A stretch of 64,000 nucleotides of DNA from Saccostrea cucullata (taxonomy: Eukaryota). Location: NCBI RefSeq assembly GCF_032062105.1, contig NW_026920935.1:1302001-1366000 (forward strand), written 5' to 3'. The position numbers and the translations under genes are program-made. Of the stretch, positions 27,224-38,704 are shown piece after piece. Positions within the stretch are counted from its first letter, which is position 1. Each line of letters starts with the position of its first letter. The notes beneath the pieces are model-generated. The model saw nothing but the letters and a program-made list of their open reading frames with translations. It had not been told where the DNA came from and searched no databases.

Positions 27224-30200
27224 CCGTTTTCGTCATTCGTCGTCCGTCGTGTGTTAACATTTGAACATTTTCAGCTTCTTCTCTGAAACCAAGGAAACAA
27301 TTTCAAACAAATTAGGTTTACAGCATCTATGGGTGAAGGGGAACAAAATTTGTGAATTTTATGGTCTCCGCCCCTCTGATGCCTGAGAGGTGGGGCAAAA
27401 ACCATTAAAATTAATGAAATCTTTAAAAATCTTCTACTTTACACCTGGACATCAAGCAGTCGAACTGTTGGTATGAATGTAATGAGCATTGAGTCCTCAA
27501 CCAAAATTGTGAAATTCATGGCCCCAGGCTCAGGGGTTCTAGTGCTTGGGCAGGGTTATATAGATTATATAGTGAAAATGCATATTTTCTTTGAAAATCT
27601 TCTTCTCTGCTCCTGGGTATTAAATAAAGTAACTATTAGTACATAGTTATAATGAGCAAGAGTGCCTCTTTTAAAATTGTGAATTTTATGCCCCCAGGGT
27701 CGGGGTTCTGGGGTTAGGGCGGGGCTCTACTGGTTATATAGTGAAAATGCATTAATTATTTGAAAATTTTCTTCTCTGCTCCTGGGTATTAAATAAACTA
27801 ACTTAGTATATCATTATAATGAGTAAGAGTGCCTCTTCCGAAATTGTGAATTTTATGGCCCCATGGTCAGGGGTTCTGGTGTTAGGGCAGGACTCTATTG
27901 ATTATATAGTGAATATACATTAAATCTTTGAAAATCTTCTCTGCTCCTGGGTATTAAATAAACTAACTAAGTATATAGTTATGATGAGCAAGAATGCCTC
28001 TTTTAAAATTGTGAATTTTATGCCCCCAGGGTTGGGGTTCTGGGGTTAGGACGGGGCTCTACTGGTTATATAGTGAAAATGCATTAATTCTTTGAAAATT
28101 TTCTTCTCTGCTCCTGCGTATTAAATAAACTAACTTAGTATATCATTGTAATGAGTAAGAGTGCCTCAACCAAATTTGTGAATGTTATGGCCCCTGGGTC
28201 AGGGGGTTTGCCTATTTGGTGTAAGGGGGGGGGGGGGCTCTTTTGATTATATAGTGAAAATACATTAATACTTTGAAAATATTTTCCTTTGCTCCTGGGT
28301 ATTATGCCAATGATCTAAGTATATATATATCTATATTTATGACGAAAAAAGGTGCATCTAGCAAAATGGTTAATTTCATGCCCCCTGGGTCAGGGGTATT
28401 GGGGGGTTATATAGTCTGAAAATAAAGCTTTGAAATCTGGTCTGTTATATTAATTAACCATTTATGATGAAATAAAATTTATGATAAAATTTCCAAAATT
28501 TAGAAATAAGTGGCCCCAGGGTCAGTGGTTCGTTTGGGGTGCCCACGTGCACAACTGGTTATAAAGTGGAATTGCATTTTCTCTTTGTTTCTCTGATCTA
28601 CCTCTGGGTATTAAGTAACTAGAGTAAGCATGCTAAGTGTATAATTATGATAAGCAATGGTGCCTCTTTCAAAATTGTGAATTTCATGGATCATGGTTTA
28701 AAACACGAACCAAATTCATGCAATTGTTTGAAAGTTGTTACATGATGCTCAGGTAACCTATAAGGCCCGTTGGCCTCTTGTTATTAAAGGCCTAATTTTT
28801 AGGTCACCTGTTATTCTATTGCTATCTGTTTTCGTCCGTCGTCGTGTGTTAACATTTGAACATTTTCAGCTTTTTCTCTGCAACCACTCAACCAGTTTTA
28901 ACCAATTTTGGCATAAAGCATCTTTGGGTGAAGGGAAACAAAAGTTGTGAATTTCATGCCCCCCTCTTTGATATTAATCAAACATTTATGATGAAATAAA
29001 ATCTATGATAAAATTTCCAAAATTATGAAATATATGGCCCAGGCTCAGTAGTCCTTGTGGGGTAGGGTGCACAACTGGTTATAAAGTGGAAATGCATTTT
29101 CTCTTTGTTACTCTGATCTACCTCTGGGCCACGTATTAAGTAACCAAAGTAAGCATGTTAAGTGTATAGTTATGATAAGCAATGGTGCCTCTTTTAAAAT
29201 TGTGAATGTCATGGCCTCTGGTTTAAAACTAGTGTTGGCAAATCGGACGATTTTTATTAACCGGTTACTCGCTTAATCTTTCGATCGAGTACCCGGTTAC
29301 TCGGAAGATTTTATGTTATAGTTCCGTATTTATTATCAATTTCACCCTTTTACTTATTGGTATAAATAAACAACAAATGTAAGATATATGAACTTTATTT
29401 ACAAATACAAACTCAAAAAAAAAACTGCAACAAAAAACAAACAAACAAACAAAAAAAACCAAAACAAAAAAAAACATACACACATTATCTTCAAAGAATT
29501 TTGATTTTAAATGTCACTCGAAACGGGGACTTTGTTTTTGGTTATGAAAATAATTATATCAACATATGATGAATATATATGTTGCAATCGAGGAGAATTA
29601 ACATAGCCTGTAAATGCTGGTTGTTTTTGTTGAGTCTCCTGCAAGTCGCTGGTTATCGAATTAAGTTTCAATCTAAAGTAATTTTGCATATTTTTAGTTC
29701 CACCATTATACGACAACTCCGATTCACATAATTTGAATTTGACAAGACAAGACAGATTTCGAGTTCTTTAACAATATTTCCACGCACTTGATGTTCGCGG
29801 CGGCATTTTGTGAAAGTATGCACCTCTAATACAGGTCTGTTAAAATCAGGTAATTATAACTCAGGTTTTCAAGACGCGTACCACCTGGCAATTAAAGCCA
29901 TCAATTAAACTAATCAAAACAAATCTTTCCAATTTGTGAACCACTAGAGAAAACCTAACGGTAATTAAATTAGGGAAATGTGTCAAATATACATTTACAA
30001 ATGATATAAGAGTTTTTTTTATACGTATTAAATGTGAAAAATGTATTTCATCCGAGTAACCGAATAGCAGTTTTACTAACCGATACTCGCATCGTTCGAC
30101 GGTTAACCGGTTAACCGGGTACTCGTTGCCAACACTATTTAAAACACAAACCAAATTCAATTATTGGAGAGTTGTTACATGATACTCAGGTGACCTATAA

Positions 30201-31274
30201 GACCTGTGGGCCTCTTGTTAAAATTTTTCTCATCTCATAAATGAATGTTTCTTTTGTAGTCAAATTTCTTTGGATTTAAGTAATGATTAATGTCTTTGCT
30301 CTTTTCAGGTATAAAGGATGAGTACAGATTTAGTTTGGGGTATCCTTTATATTGAAGCTAGAATCATTAGTTGACTTAGTAAATATATATAAAGTATGTA
30401 AGTAAAGCTTAATAAAAGTTGACATATCATATAAACAGAATTTTTTAGTGATACATAAATTTAGTAATCTGTCTGTAAAAATCGGCATTTAATTTTAACA
30501 AGAAGTAATTTTAGGGATTTTATGGTGAACAGAAAGATAACAGTTACTTCTAATGATAAAAAAATCTCTATGTCAGTGAAATATCTTTGAATGGGATAAG
30601 TAAAACAACATACAATCAATCATCTAATGATTGAGGATAAAAATGTTAGTAACATTTAATTTCAGCAATACATTGTATCAACTTCCTTGCTAAAAATGCC
30701 AAATTTGCATTTTCACTAAAATTTCTGCTTCTATAGTATTGTGTACATTATAAAAACTTATGAAATATTTCAAAGCTGGAACCAGAAAAAGGACCTTTTT
30801 ACTATTATATCTAACAATTTCCTTGACTGTAATAAGCATGGTTATCACTAACTTGATCCTGAAGCCCTTGACAGCATTCCTGCTTTGGAGAATATACCAG
30901 GATAGAGGAGGGAGATTCTCTGACTTCAATTTCCCCAACCTCCCACAGTTTGGTAAGATTCTTTGTTTGTCATCTAAATCATCATCAGTTTTAGTCCACA
31001 TTTGTAATCAAGGTCATTTGGTAAAGGTCAAGGTCAGAGAGATTGAAAGTAGAAAGTTCCTTTTTGATCTGAATTTTATTGTTCCAAAGTAAAAACATTG
31101 ATAAAATGCACATACTTTGAAAAGTGAGTACTGAAGTACGTGTAATGTTATTGTGAATGTTTTTAAGGAGGCAGCCCCCCTGGCCAGGGTAACTATGAGA
31201 ACATAGATCAGCCGGTTCCAACCAACAACGTAGAGACAGCTTCATCAAACATAGAGAAACAACCACATCAGTAA
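14553..31274 (+). CDS. AGTRAP: Type-1 angiotensin II receptor-associated protein, ~177 aa; exons 14553-14579, 20832-20866, 22144-22258, 22503-22605, 30309-30339, 30837-30952, 31168-31274
   Basis: All phases join (534 nt): MSPPHYTLK-VIVCVHFILMIW-GAQ..LLGVWSIASPDSFDAVLM-YLILHLFTILEDIVLLGIYQP..RFSLG-MVITNLILKPL..YQDRGG..YENID. This parallels AGTRAP motifs (LKVI..H..W, LGVWA..DS.DA, DI..I.YP, RF..GM..L.LKP, Y..RGG, YQTID). Confidence 0.9.
14690..15931. mobile_element. hAT-like non-autonomous TIR element, 5-bp TSD
   Basis: TIR TAGTGTTAAATCTA / TAGATTTAACACTA, flanked by CAGGA on both sides; subterminal AAGGGCA repeats. Confidence 0.8.
16324..16406. repeat. 83-bp near-perfect inverted repeat
   Basis: tctttagagaagtggacaagctttcgcctacatcca ... 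tggatgtaggcgaaagcctgtccactcctctaaaga. Confidence 0.9.
16943..17735. mobile_element. hAT-like MITE, 5-bp TSD
   Basis: CAGGGATTGACATTAAC / GTTAATGTCTACCCCTG termini, ACTTG duplicated; subterminal CGG(G/A)CAAG motifs. Confidence 0.8.
17767..18192. mobile_element. PIF/Harbinger-type MITE (426 bp)
   Basis: TIR GGCCATAATAAA..CTAGATTCTCATCC, TTA TSD; related 427-bp element at 53539-53965. Confidence 0.8.
19629..19656. repeat. (GA)n microsatellite
   Basis: About 14 GA units. Confidence 0.95.
21296..21922 (+). mobile_element. Short, diverged HINE (pearl/Cg170-like family)
   Basis: TTTTAGTTCACCTGAGC..CTCAAGTGAGC 5' end; GGTGAGCATTGTGACCCATGGGTCTTTTGTT 3' end; about 2 repeat units. Confidence 0.8.
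23291..25923 (+). mobile_element. HINE with ~166-bp Cg170/HindIII-like satellite array, third layer of the stack
   Basis: TTTTTAGCTCACCTGAGCCGAAGGCTCAAGTGAG 5' end, GTCC/GTCT microsatellite, ~7-8 nearly identical units, CTCAGGTGAGCGATGTGGCCCATGGGCCTCTTGTT 3' end. Confidence 0.92.
24372..25432. mobile_element. Mariner-type non-autonomous element (1061 bp) inserted in a satellite unit, innermost layer
   Basis: TIR CGAGGGTCGTTAGAAAAGTCCGCGGACA / TGTCCGCGAACTTTTCTAACACCCCTCG. Intact units have GAAA(TA)3GG and the interrupted unit has 4 TA, confirming a TA TSD. Confidence 0.9.
26863..27085. mobile_element. Tc1/mariner-type MITE (223 bp)
   Basis: TA|CTGTAGATTCCT ... AGGAATCTACAG|TA. Confidence 0.75.
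27184..28782 (+). mobile_element. HINE with ~168-bp array (family of 4301-5989)
   Basis: Same 5' hairpin AGGTCACCTGAGTCACTCAGGTGACCT and 3' GGCCCGTTGGCCTCTTGTT. Confidence 0.88.
28796..30219 (+). mobile_element. Internally deleted HINE (array absent), interrupted by a hAT MITE
   Basis: Starts 13 bp after the previous copy; head is fused directly to the tail segment at ~28965. Confidence 0.82.
29230..30137. mobile_element. hAT MITE (908 bp), 8-bp TSD
   Basis: TIR TAGTGTTGGCAA / TTGCCAACACTA; TTTAAAAC duplicated. The empty site is visible in the sister HINE at ~28697. Confidence 0.9.
30340..30836 (+). other. U12-type (minor spliceosome) GT-AG intron, AGTRAP intron 5
   Basis: Donor GTATCCTTT; branch TTTCCTTGAC at 30818-30827, ~10 nt from an AAG acceptor with no polypyrimidine tract. 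Confidence 0.9.
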
Positions 31275-31415
31275 CTACACAACAGATCATCCAGAGTCAT
31301 GCAAGGAATCACAATCACATCACTAGTCATCATAGCTTTAACCACATCAGTAACTACACAACAGATCATCCAGAGTCATGCAAGGAATCACAATCACATC
31401 GCTAGTCATTGTAGC
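31261..31415. repeat. 79-bp tandem duplication spanning the AGTRAP stop codon
   Basis: aaccacatcagtaactacacaacagatcatccagagtcatgcaagg... starts at 31261 and again at 31340. Confidence 0.92.
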
Positions 31416-31851
31416 ATATTAATCCAGACCAGTCTAGCTTCCTATACACACAATACAGCTAAGAACAGTTAAAAGCTTTAACCAAAAAAAAAGATTACAT
31501 GTAATTATTAAAACAGAATAATAAATCTAACCAAATCATTACAGCTCCAATCCAATCAAGTTGATAATACTCACTTTACACCATAAACCAGGGTGTAAAA
31601 TTCACATCAAAATAAAAAAAAAAAACCAAAGCAGTATGTGTACCTAGCAGTGCTAGCACCAAATCCTAGAAAGGATGAATTCCAAAGGCATTCAAATTTC
31701 TTGTTTGTAAAGTTTGTTCAAACTCATGAAATATCAAACATTGCATTCCTATATTTATATGACTTTGTATTTATAAACTTAAAAGAAAATGAAAGTCAAT
31801 TTTAAAAATTTTAATTCAGCATTATGATAGAAAACGTATTTTTATGTTGGG

Positions 31852-32363
31852 TTTTTTTTTTTGGTCACCTCAATCAAGTGACCTATTCTATCTGTTCACC
31901 TGTCGTCAAGTTAAAATTTCAGCAATTTCATCTTCTTTTATGGAACAGCTGAACCAATTTCAACCACTTTGCCATATAGCATCTAAAAGTGAAGATAAAG
32001 AAGTAATAAATTTCATAATAATCCCTCCCCCCCTCCAAATTAATGCAATCTTTAAAAATCCTCTCTATTCTTGAAGCTAAACTGTTGGCATGATTTTAAT
32101 AGGCATTGATTGAGTCCTCTACCAAAATTTAACAAATTCCTGGCCCCAGGGTAAGGGGCTCAGGTGTAAGGATTGGGTTCTATTGGTCATCACACTATGG
32201 TAGTTTAAAGGCATAAATCTTCATCTAGTATATAAATTATATACATGATGTGCAAAAGTGACTTCCAAAATACTTTATTTTGTAATATTTTATAATCTAT
32301 CCAGTGGATTATTTATTGTTGTATTATAGTCAGGTGAGTGTAAAGGCCCCTGGGCCTCTTGTT
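31852..32363 (+). mobile_element. Degraded HINE downstream of the AGTRAP stop
   Basis: ggtcacctcaatcaagtgacct head; caggtgagtgtaaaggcccctgggcctcttgtt tail. Confidence 0.7.
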
Positions 32364-35300
32364 ATCTGTTACACGATTACATGTGTGTTTTTATGATTTT
32401 TTTCATATTGAAGGTACACTGCAACCAAAGATTTTTATTATACATATTAAGTTGAAGTAATTTTGAAATCATTTACAGTTTAGTATTCTACTGGGTATGT
32501 TGTGTTTGCTCAACTCTATTTTTCTTTTACACCTAACTTTTATAAAAGTTAACATTTATTTTTTTTTAAATCAGTGAAGATTACTCCCAAAATAAGGCAT
32601 GTAAGGGTATGGTTAATGCTATTTTGACTATCCTGTGGCTCTACTTAAACATCATCATCATCATGTTGTTCATTTATAACTAGGCATCATCCCTGAATTT
32701 GTATGATCATATGTTCAGGACCACAACATTCCATTAACCATTATTAAAATACTACATGTACCTGCAATAATATTGCCCTTGTCAAAAAAAAGGAGAGGGC
32801 TACATTACTGCAGCTATTCCAGTACATATGGCAATTTGATTCTCTTCCTTTTTCTAGAGTTTTTCATTATGCTTGTGTGGATACCTGAACTTTTGTCTGC
32901 AATTGTCTGTGTGTAAGATTGTTAGGGTATAGGAATTTAGATGTGTGCTAATACCCAGGTTATATGCCTTATTAATTGGTTTAGGTGAATCATTGAATGT
33001 TTTCACCATTACTCTTCATTACAAGATATGAATGTGCAATATACTCGCTGGTCAGTGTAAATGAAATAGGCTGCTTCTGTTTTATAGAATTTGATATTAT
33101 ATACCTATATTCTTATTATTACTCTGTTATATTTTATATTTGTTAAACCATTTGTAAAAGTTAATATAATGTAATACATTCCAGCTTCTACTTGTTATAT
33201 ATACACTGTGTGAAGTATTCTTGTCTAATATTTTTATTGATGTACATTTTTAACATTCCATTGAATTAAAATCCTAATAAATTAGTCTGATTTCTTTTGT
33301 GTTGATTATTATTTGGAATTGTTTTCCTTGCATACGTACCTAAGTTTGCAACATGACTGGTTCAAAGTTCTTGAGAACTATTAGAGTAAGTGTCCTCATT
33401 CCAAATCTTGTTGTTCCCAAAGAATATGCAGCTATTATATTTCTTAGACATAGATAAGACAATATTGTTTGTCATACTACAAAACATGGTCTGGTCACAA
33501 CATTGGTCTAGCTTCTAGTTTGGCACCAAACCAAATTTTTGTTCTTAGACTGGTGTTTTCATGGACCCTCCTTTGTTATTTGTTTGCAATATTACTTAAA
33601 AAAGCTATTCTCTGTTCCTTAAGTACATGTTTTTGAGCAGAATTTAAATGAAACTTATTTTCATTCGAGAAATTGTTCTCTCTCACTGGGTATCTCATCG
33701 GTGATATTTTCTTTAACGTAATACACGAAGGATATCAAAAATTGATCAAGGTTTTATAAAAATTTTAATAGAATTGAAGTTGCTTGTTTCTCCCAGGGGC
33801 AATGATAGCCCTGTCCCTTCCCCCTTATTAGGGTATTATTAAGGTACATTGATACTCTGATAAGAGAGATAACTCTTAACGACACAAATGTCTATTATTC
33901 CTTTATAAATTTGTCAAGTTTAAGTGCCTTTTTTGTCAAATTTTGCCCCGCAAGCCATGCTATAATTCTTCGTATTTTATTCAGCATATACATTTGCTTT
34001 GGAAAATCATAAAAGTTAAAGAAAAATTTCATATGAGAGAGCAGAGGGTTTATTAACCTTAATGCTATTACAGTGTAGGTGCTAGATTACAGTGTAGGTG
34101 CTAGATCTTCAAAGAAAATATTAGATGAAAGGTGTCAACCTCGGCTTTAAGATCGAAGGTGCATTTGAAATTCATATACATATTTTCCCTTATTATCCAC
34201 AGACGATACCCAAGAAATTTGTAGATATAAAGTAATCCATTTCAGAGAAAACATCTAAAATTGTTTTAAATCTTACGGACGACGCACGAAGACGGATGTC
34301 ATCAGAATCCATACATTACCATAGCAATAGACTCGGACAGCCATAAAAAAGACATATGTCTATATAACAAAGTATTCTTTGTCAGATAGCGCCGACTCTT
34401 CAACAGGATCCGAACTCGAATGAATCCTTTACTATAGATCAAACAATAACCATAGGATAAGGAGAAAAGCTCTATAATGGTTCCAGCAAATGTCATGTTT
34501 CATATTTCAAGCACGTTAGAATGAAGTGGCTACACATTCCTGTAACAGGTCGATGTTATTTGTTCCTTGGGAAACACGCTTGTTTTTTACTGAACATTTG
34601 TTGGTTTCTACAGAACGCTTAATTGGTTTACATGCTTTTTTCTTTGAAAGAAAGGTGAGTACGTTTTTAAATTAGTGTCCGCACATTTTTTCTAGTTTTA
34701 GCGAGAAGGTGATACCGGTATATTGTATCTTCTCGGTAGAAGCTCTGTATCTGCATGGGTATGAATCATTCAGAAATCAATGCTTTTATCACATTTTAAA
34801 AAGTAAAATGTTACGTTTTCCCTATCAAATAACCCTGGCTGTGTCTTTAATTCGTCATTTATAGTTAATGGATGACGTTTTATCACTATCAGTTGACAAA
34901 ATTTATTCCTACGTTGATTTGATGCATTCCTTTGGAGGACACCACTGAGTCTAATACATGTTTCATACTGCACAACAGGAACCTTTTCTTATTATGTAGG
35001 TTTTTCAAAATAAATATTCTGCTCAAATTCACGAAAATATCAGAACAGGTATGAATACTTGTGTAGAATCAGATTAAATTTATCAAAATAATATGACACG
35101 CTATAAACTTAATCGACCTTTGGCATTTAAAATTAAAAATAGGGGTCCCATAAGCCAAAGTAAGGTGTGATGTAAAATTTAACTGCAGAAGCTCAAAGAC
35201 TTCTCGAAATATCGCGCGAAAACAAAAGTGTTAAAACAGACAGAATTCATTACCTTTGACCTTTTGACCTCAAAATCAATAGGCTTTATCCTTAGGCCAC

Positions 35301-37307
35301 AGGGAGTTGCTATATATAAAATTTCATTGCAATTTATAAGGAATCAATTTTTTCCCCAATTCCCCCAATCACTCTCATGGTAAAATTGAAATTCTGCTAA
35401 AACTTTATTGCAAATCTACGGGAGACATCACCAATTCCAAATAATAGCTCTTCGGTCAGTGTAAAAAAATAAGAGGAGTTCTTTGTAGAAAAACGCTACT
35501 CTCTGACCCCGGCCGCTTTATCCTCTAGCGTTGAAAATGGACACTCGAAAACCTGATTGCAAATCTGGAGGGGACACACCCATATTTATATTCCAAACAT
35601 GATTGTTCTAATCTTAAATATGTAAGAGGAGTTTCACTGTCTCAAGCCACGGTTCGGAGTCCGCTTATAGCTATCTCCAGAATTGGAGAGGATTGTACAT
35701 TTGGCTGTGGAGGAGTTTTGGAAATCATGTTTTGAAAAACCCATTTGACCCCTTGGGGAAAAGGAGAAGTTACAATTTTTTTACACAAAGCACCATCAAT
35801 CATACTTCAAAAGATGAATTGGTTAGTGCTAAAAATGTAAGAGTATTTTGGGAAGAAAAAAAGTGTGACAGACGGAAAGACCAGTAGAATTACAATATAC
35901 TGTACCTAAAGTTTCTCTCCGTCCGTCTGCCACACTTCTTCCTCAAAAGTTTATACTTTAAGCAGCTTTTGCTATATCATTGTTCGTGCCTTGAACATTT
36001 GCAGAAAGATTTTGAAATTTTCCTTTCACCTGTACGGTGCCAAATGGGGCCAAAATAATCTCAAGAAAACATTGTTCCCTGAACTTAATTTTTCGCAGAA
36101 ATTCGATTTTTACCCTGGGGACGATTGGGGGTCAAGATGACATTTTTCCAACAAATTTGGATTCTTTGCTTTTCTGATTTTTTTAAGTAGTCAACTCATC
36201 TTTTGCAATGTGATTGAGAGCGCCCTGTAAATGTACTAGTATAATAATGTTTCGGAATTTTCATGATCACATGCACCTAGTTAGAGTCAAAAAACATATT
36301 TTATTGCCTCAAAAACCTTGTTCCTTAAGCTCCTCTCACGATTATCGTAGTAGCCCATTCATATTCTGGAAAATGATTAGGAGTGTCCTGTCGATATGCA
36401 ATGGCTAGGATTTGGAAATTCAGTTTTTACGCTAGGGGTGATTTGGGAGCGGGACCAAAAAGCGTAGTTTTACTACAAAAAACTGATTCCTGGAACTTTT
36501 CTTACATCTTTTGAAGTAGTCCATTTATAATTTAAACTTCATGTAATATTCATGTAATATTCGAGTGTTTGGAAAATGTGAAATACGGTATCAGAATTTA
36601 GATTAACACCTTAGGGGATGATCGTTGGAGGGGGTCTCAGAAAAAACGTTTTTCTGCAAAAACAGTTACCTTGACTCCGCGTCATTTTAAGTTTCGCCAT
36701 GGGACCAGTCGGGGTTCACAAACCTTTTTACAAGCCCTGTATGCCTGAACTTGTTTTGCATTTTTCATAGCACTAGCCTACTCACATTTTGGAACAAGAC
36801 TTGTAAATGAGCATTTATTTCGGAATTTCAATTTTCATCCCAGGGGTGATTGAGGACTGACAGTGGACCTTTTTCAAAATTATAGAATATAGAATTACTG
36901 TGGCTTCCAAAATTGTTACACAAAGATGAAGATGACGCGGAATATTTTTAGAAGAGAAAACACAAACGTGCATGTGGGTATCACTGTGCTATGATGGCTT
37001 AATCATGTTAATTGTGGTTACAAATTATGTTTGTTAACAAACTTGAGAAACTGAACAAGATTAGTAACATGAAAATAGAAATTAATTACATTTGTGAGTA
37101 CTATAGTACCTAATAACGTTTAATCAATGCACTGTATATTAATATACTGTTACAAATGAAGTGGTCATTCCTGATGTTAATATTTAATTGATTCTCATCA
37201 ATAAAATTTGTTTCAGCCCCCTGGCAATGACGAAAGTGGTGGCACTTTGTAAATTATCATCATAACTGGTGCTGACGGTTCACAAAGCGGACAGATTTCA
37301 CATTAAA

Positions 37308-38468
37308 ATGGATGAACCTGGTCCCTATGTAGCAAATTTTAACATACGTCGATGGACAGTTAACCAAGACGATTCCATTAATAGCACTTTTGATGTTTGG
37401 GACAAAATCCTGGACTTGGATGAGGAATTTGATTCCTTTGTTTTACACCCCTGGGCCTGGGTAGAGGCGGATCTAACAATACCATTTTACGTCTACCTTT
37501 TGCCAGTCCTGGCGCTTCTGACACTCTTTTCGAACACTCTAATGATTACCGTGTTCGTCAAGGAGAAAATGTTTTCCTCAATAAACATTCTGATGATAGC
37601 TATTGGCATTTCTGATACTTTACACGTTATCTTGCCATCTCCTTTCTTGCTGGCTTTATATTTTTCGGACGTCTCTCCATTCATCCCTAACCATTACTGT
37701 CGATTGTGGGATTATTTAGCCAAGTATATTCCTGAAATAACTCATACGTCTTCAATATGGCTGACCGTTTTACTCAGTTTCCATCGCTTCATTGGTGTGC
37801 GTTATCCTTTCTACATCAGACAAATCTCGACAAGAAAGAGAAGCGTATTGTGTGTTATAGTGGTATACTGTTGTTCTTCACTACTTCATTTATGTCGGTT
37901 TCTGGACACGACCTATGTTGATTTTCATGTTGTGTGGGGAACCAAAGACATTTTCACTTGTAAGGCTGTGCATACCGACTGGCTCAAAGGATACGAAGTC
38001 GTGTATGAATGTATCTACTACTGGAATTGTATCGTACTAGTCAAGGTCCTTCCTCTATCCATCGTGGTGACCTTAGATTTTCTCATGGCTAGACAGCTCC
38101 TTCGTGCCGATCATAAACGACAGCGTTTTCTCTCCGACAACCAGACAACCAAAGAGAGTCGGCGTGTCACGTGGATTGTGATTGCTGTAGCCGCCATCTT
38201 TTCTTTGGTGGAGATTCCAATAACAATTATACTTATACTATGGACTCTCTCCATGGTTCACGACAAAATGTACGTGTCGGAAGTGATGCTGGGAGAACTA
38301 GGCGTCATTTTTAACATTATAATCTACATATCATTCCCGTGCATTTTGTTTCTGTATTGTTTGATGTCCAAGAAATTTCGTAAATACTTGCCATGTTTAT
38401 CTCAGAAGTTTGCTATTGTGAAGAAGTTCCAAAAGGCGTCTTCAGAATCCAACGAAACAGAATGTTGA
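37308..38468 (+). CDS. Rhodopsin-class peptide GPCR, sex-peptide/MIP/FMRFamide-receptor-like orphan, 386 aa, single coding exon
   Basis: Seven hydrophobic segments; TM1 SN, TM2 AIGISD, TM3 HTSSIWLTVLLSFHRF..V.YP, TM6 F.LVEIP, TM7 YCLMSKKFR. First in-frame ATG of the ORF is at 37308. Probable 5'UTR intron 34655-37216 (AAG|gtgagt ... tttcag). Confidence 0.88.
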   Translation: MDEPGPYVANFNIRRWTVNQDDSINSTFDVWDKILDLDEEFDSFVLHPWAWVEADLTIPFYVYLLPVLALLTLFSNTLMITVFVKEKMFSSINILMIAIGISDTLHVILPSPFLLALYFSDVSPFIPNHYCRLWDYLAKYIPEITHTSSIWLTVLLSFHRFIGVRYPFYIRQISTRKRSVLCVIVVYCCSSLLHLCRFLDTTYVDFHVVWGTKDIFTCKAVHTDWLKGYEVVYECIYYWNCIVLVKVLPLSIVVTLDFLMARQLLRADHKRQRFLSDNQTTKESRRVTWIVIAVAAIFSLVEIPITIILILWTLSMVHDKMYVSEVMLGELGVIFNIIIYISFPCILFLYCLMSKKFRKYLPCLSQKFAIVKKFQKASSESNETEC

Positions 38469-38704
38469 TTTTTTTTTTTTTTGTTATTTCAATCTGCGCA
38501 TACAAAAAGCTTGGTTATTGTTATTTTAAAATTAGAGTAAATCATTGTCACAAAGAATCATGATTTAATTTCTGGTTTCTACTGATTACAACTCAAGATA
38601 CATGTACTTAATAAATTCTCTGAATGAGACAAGGTTGTTTATTTTGACTCGGGCATATAAGGACCAGCATCTCTGTATCATTTAACAAGGCACACATTAA
38701 AATC

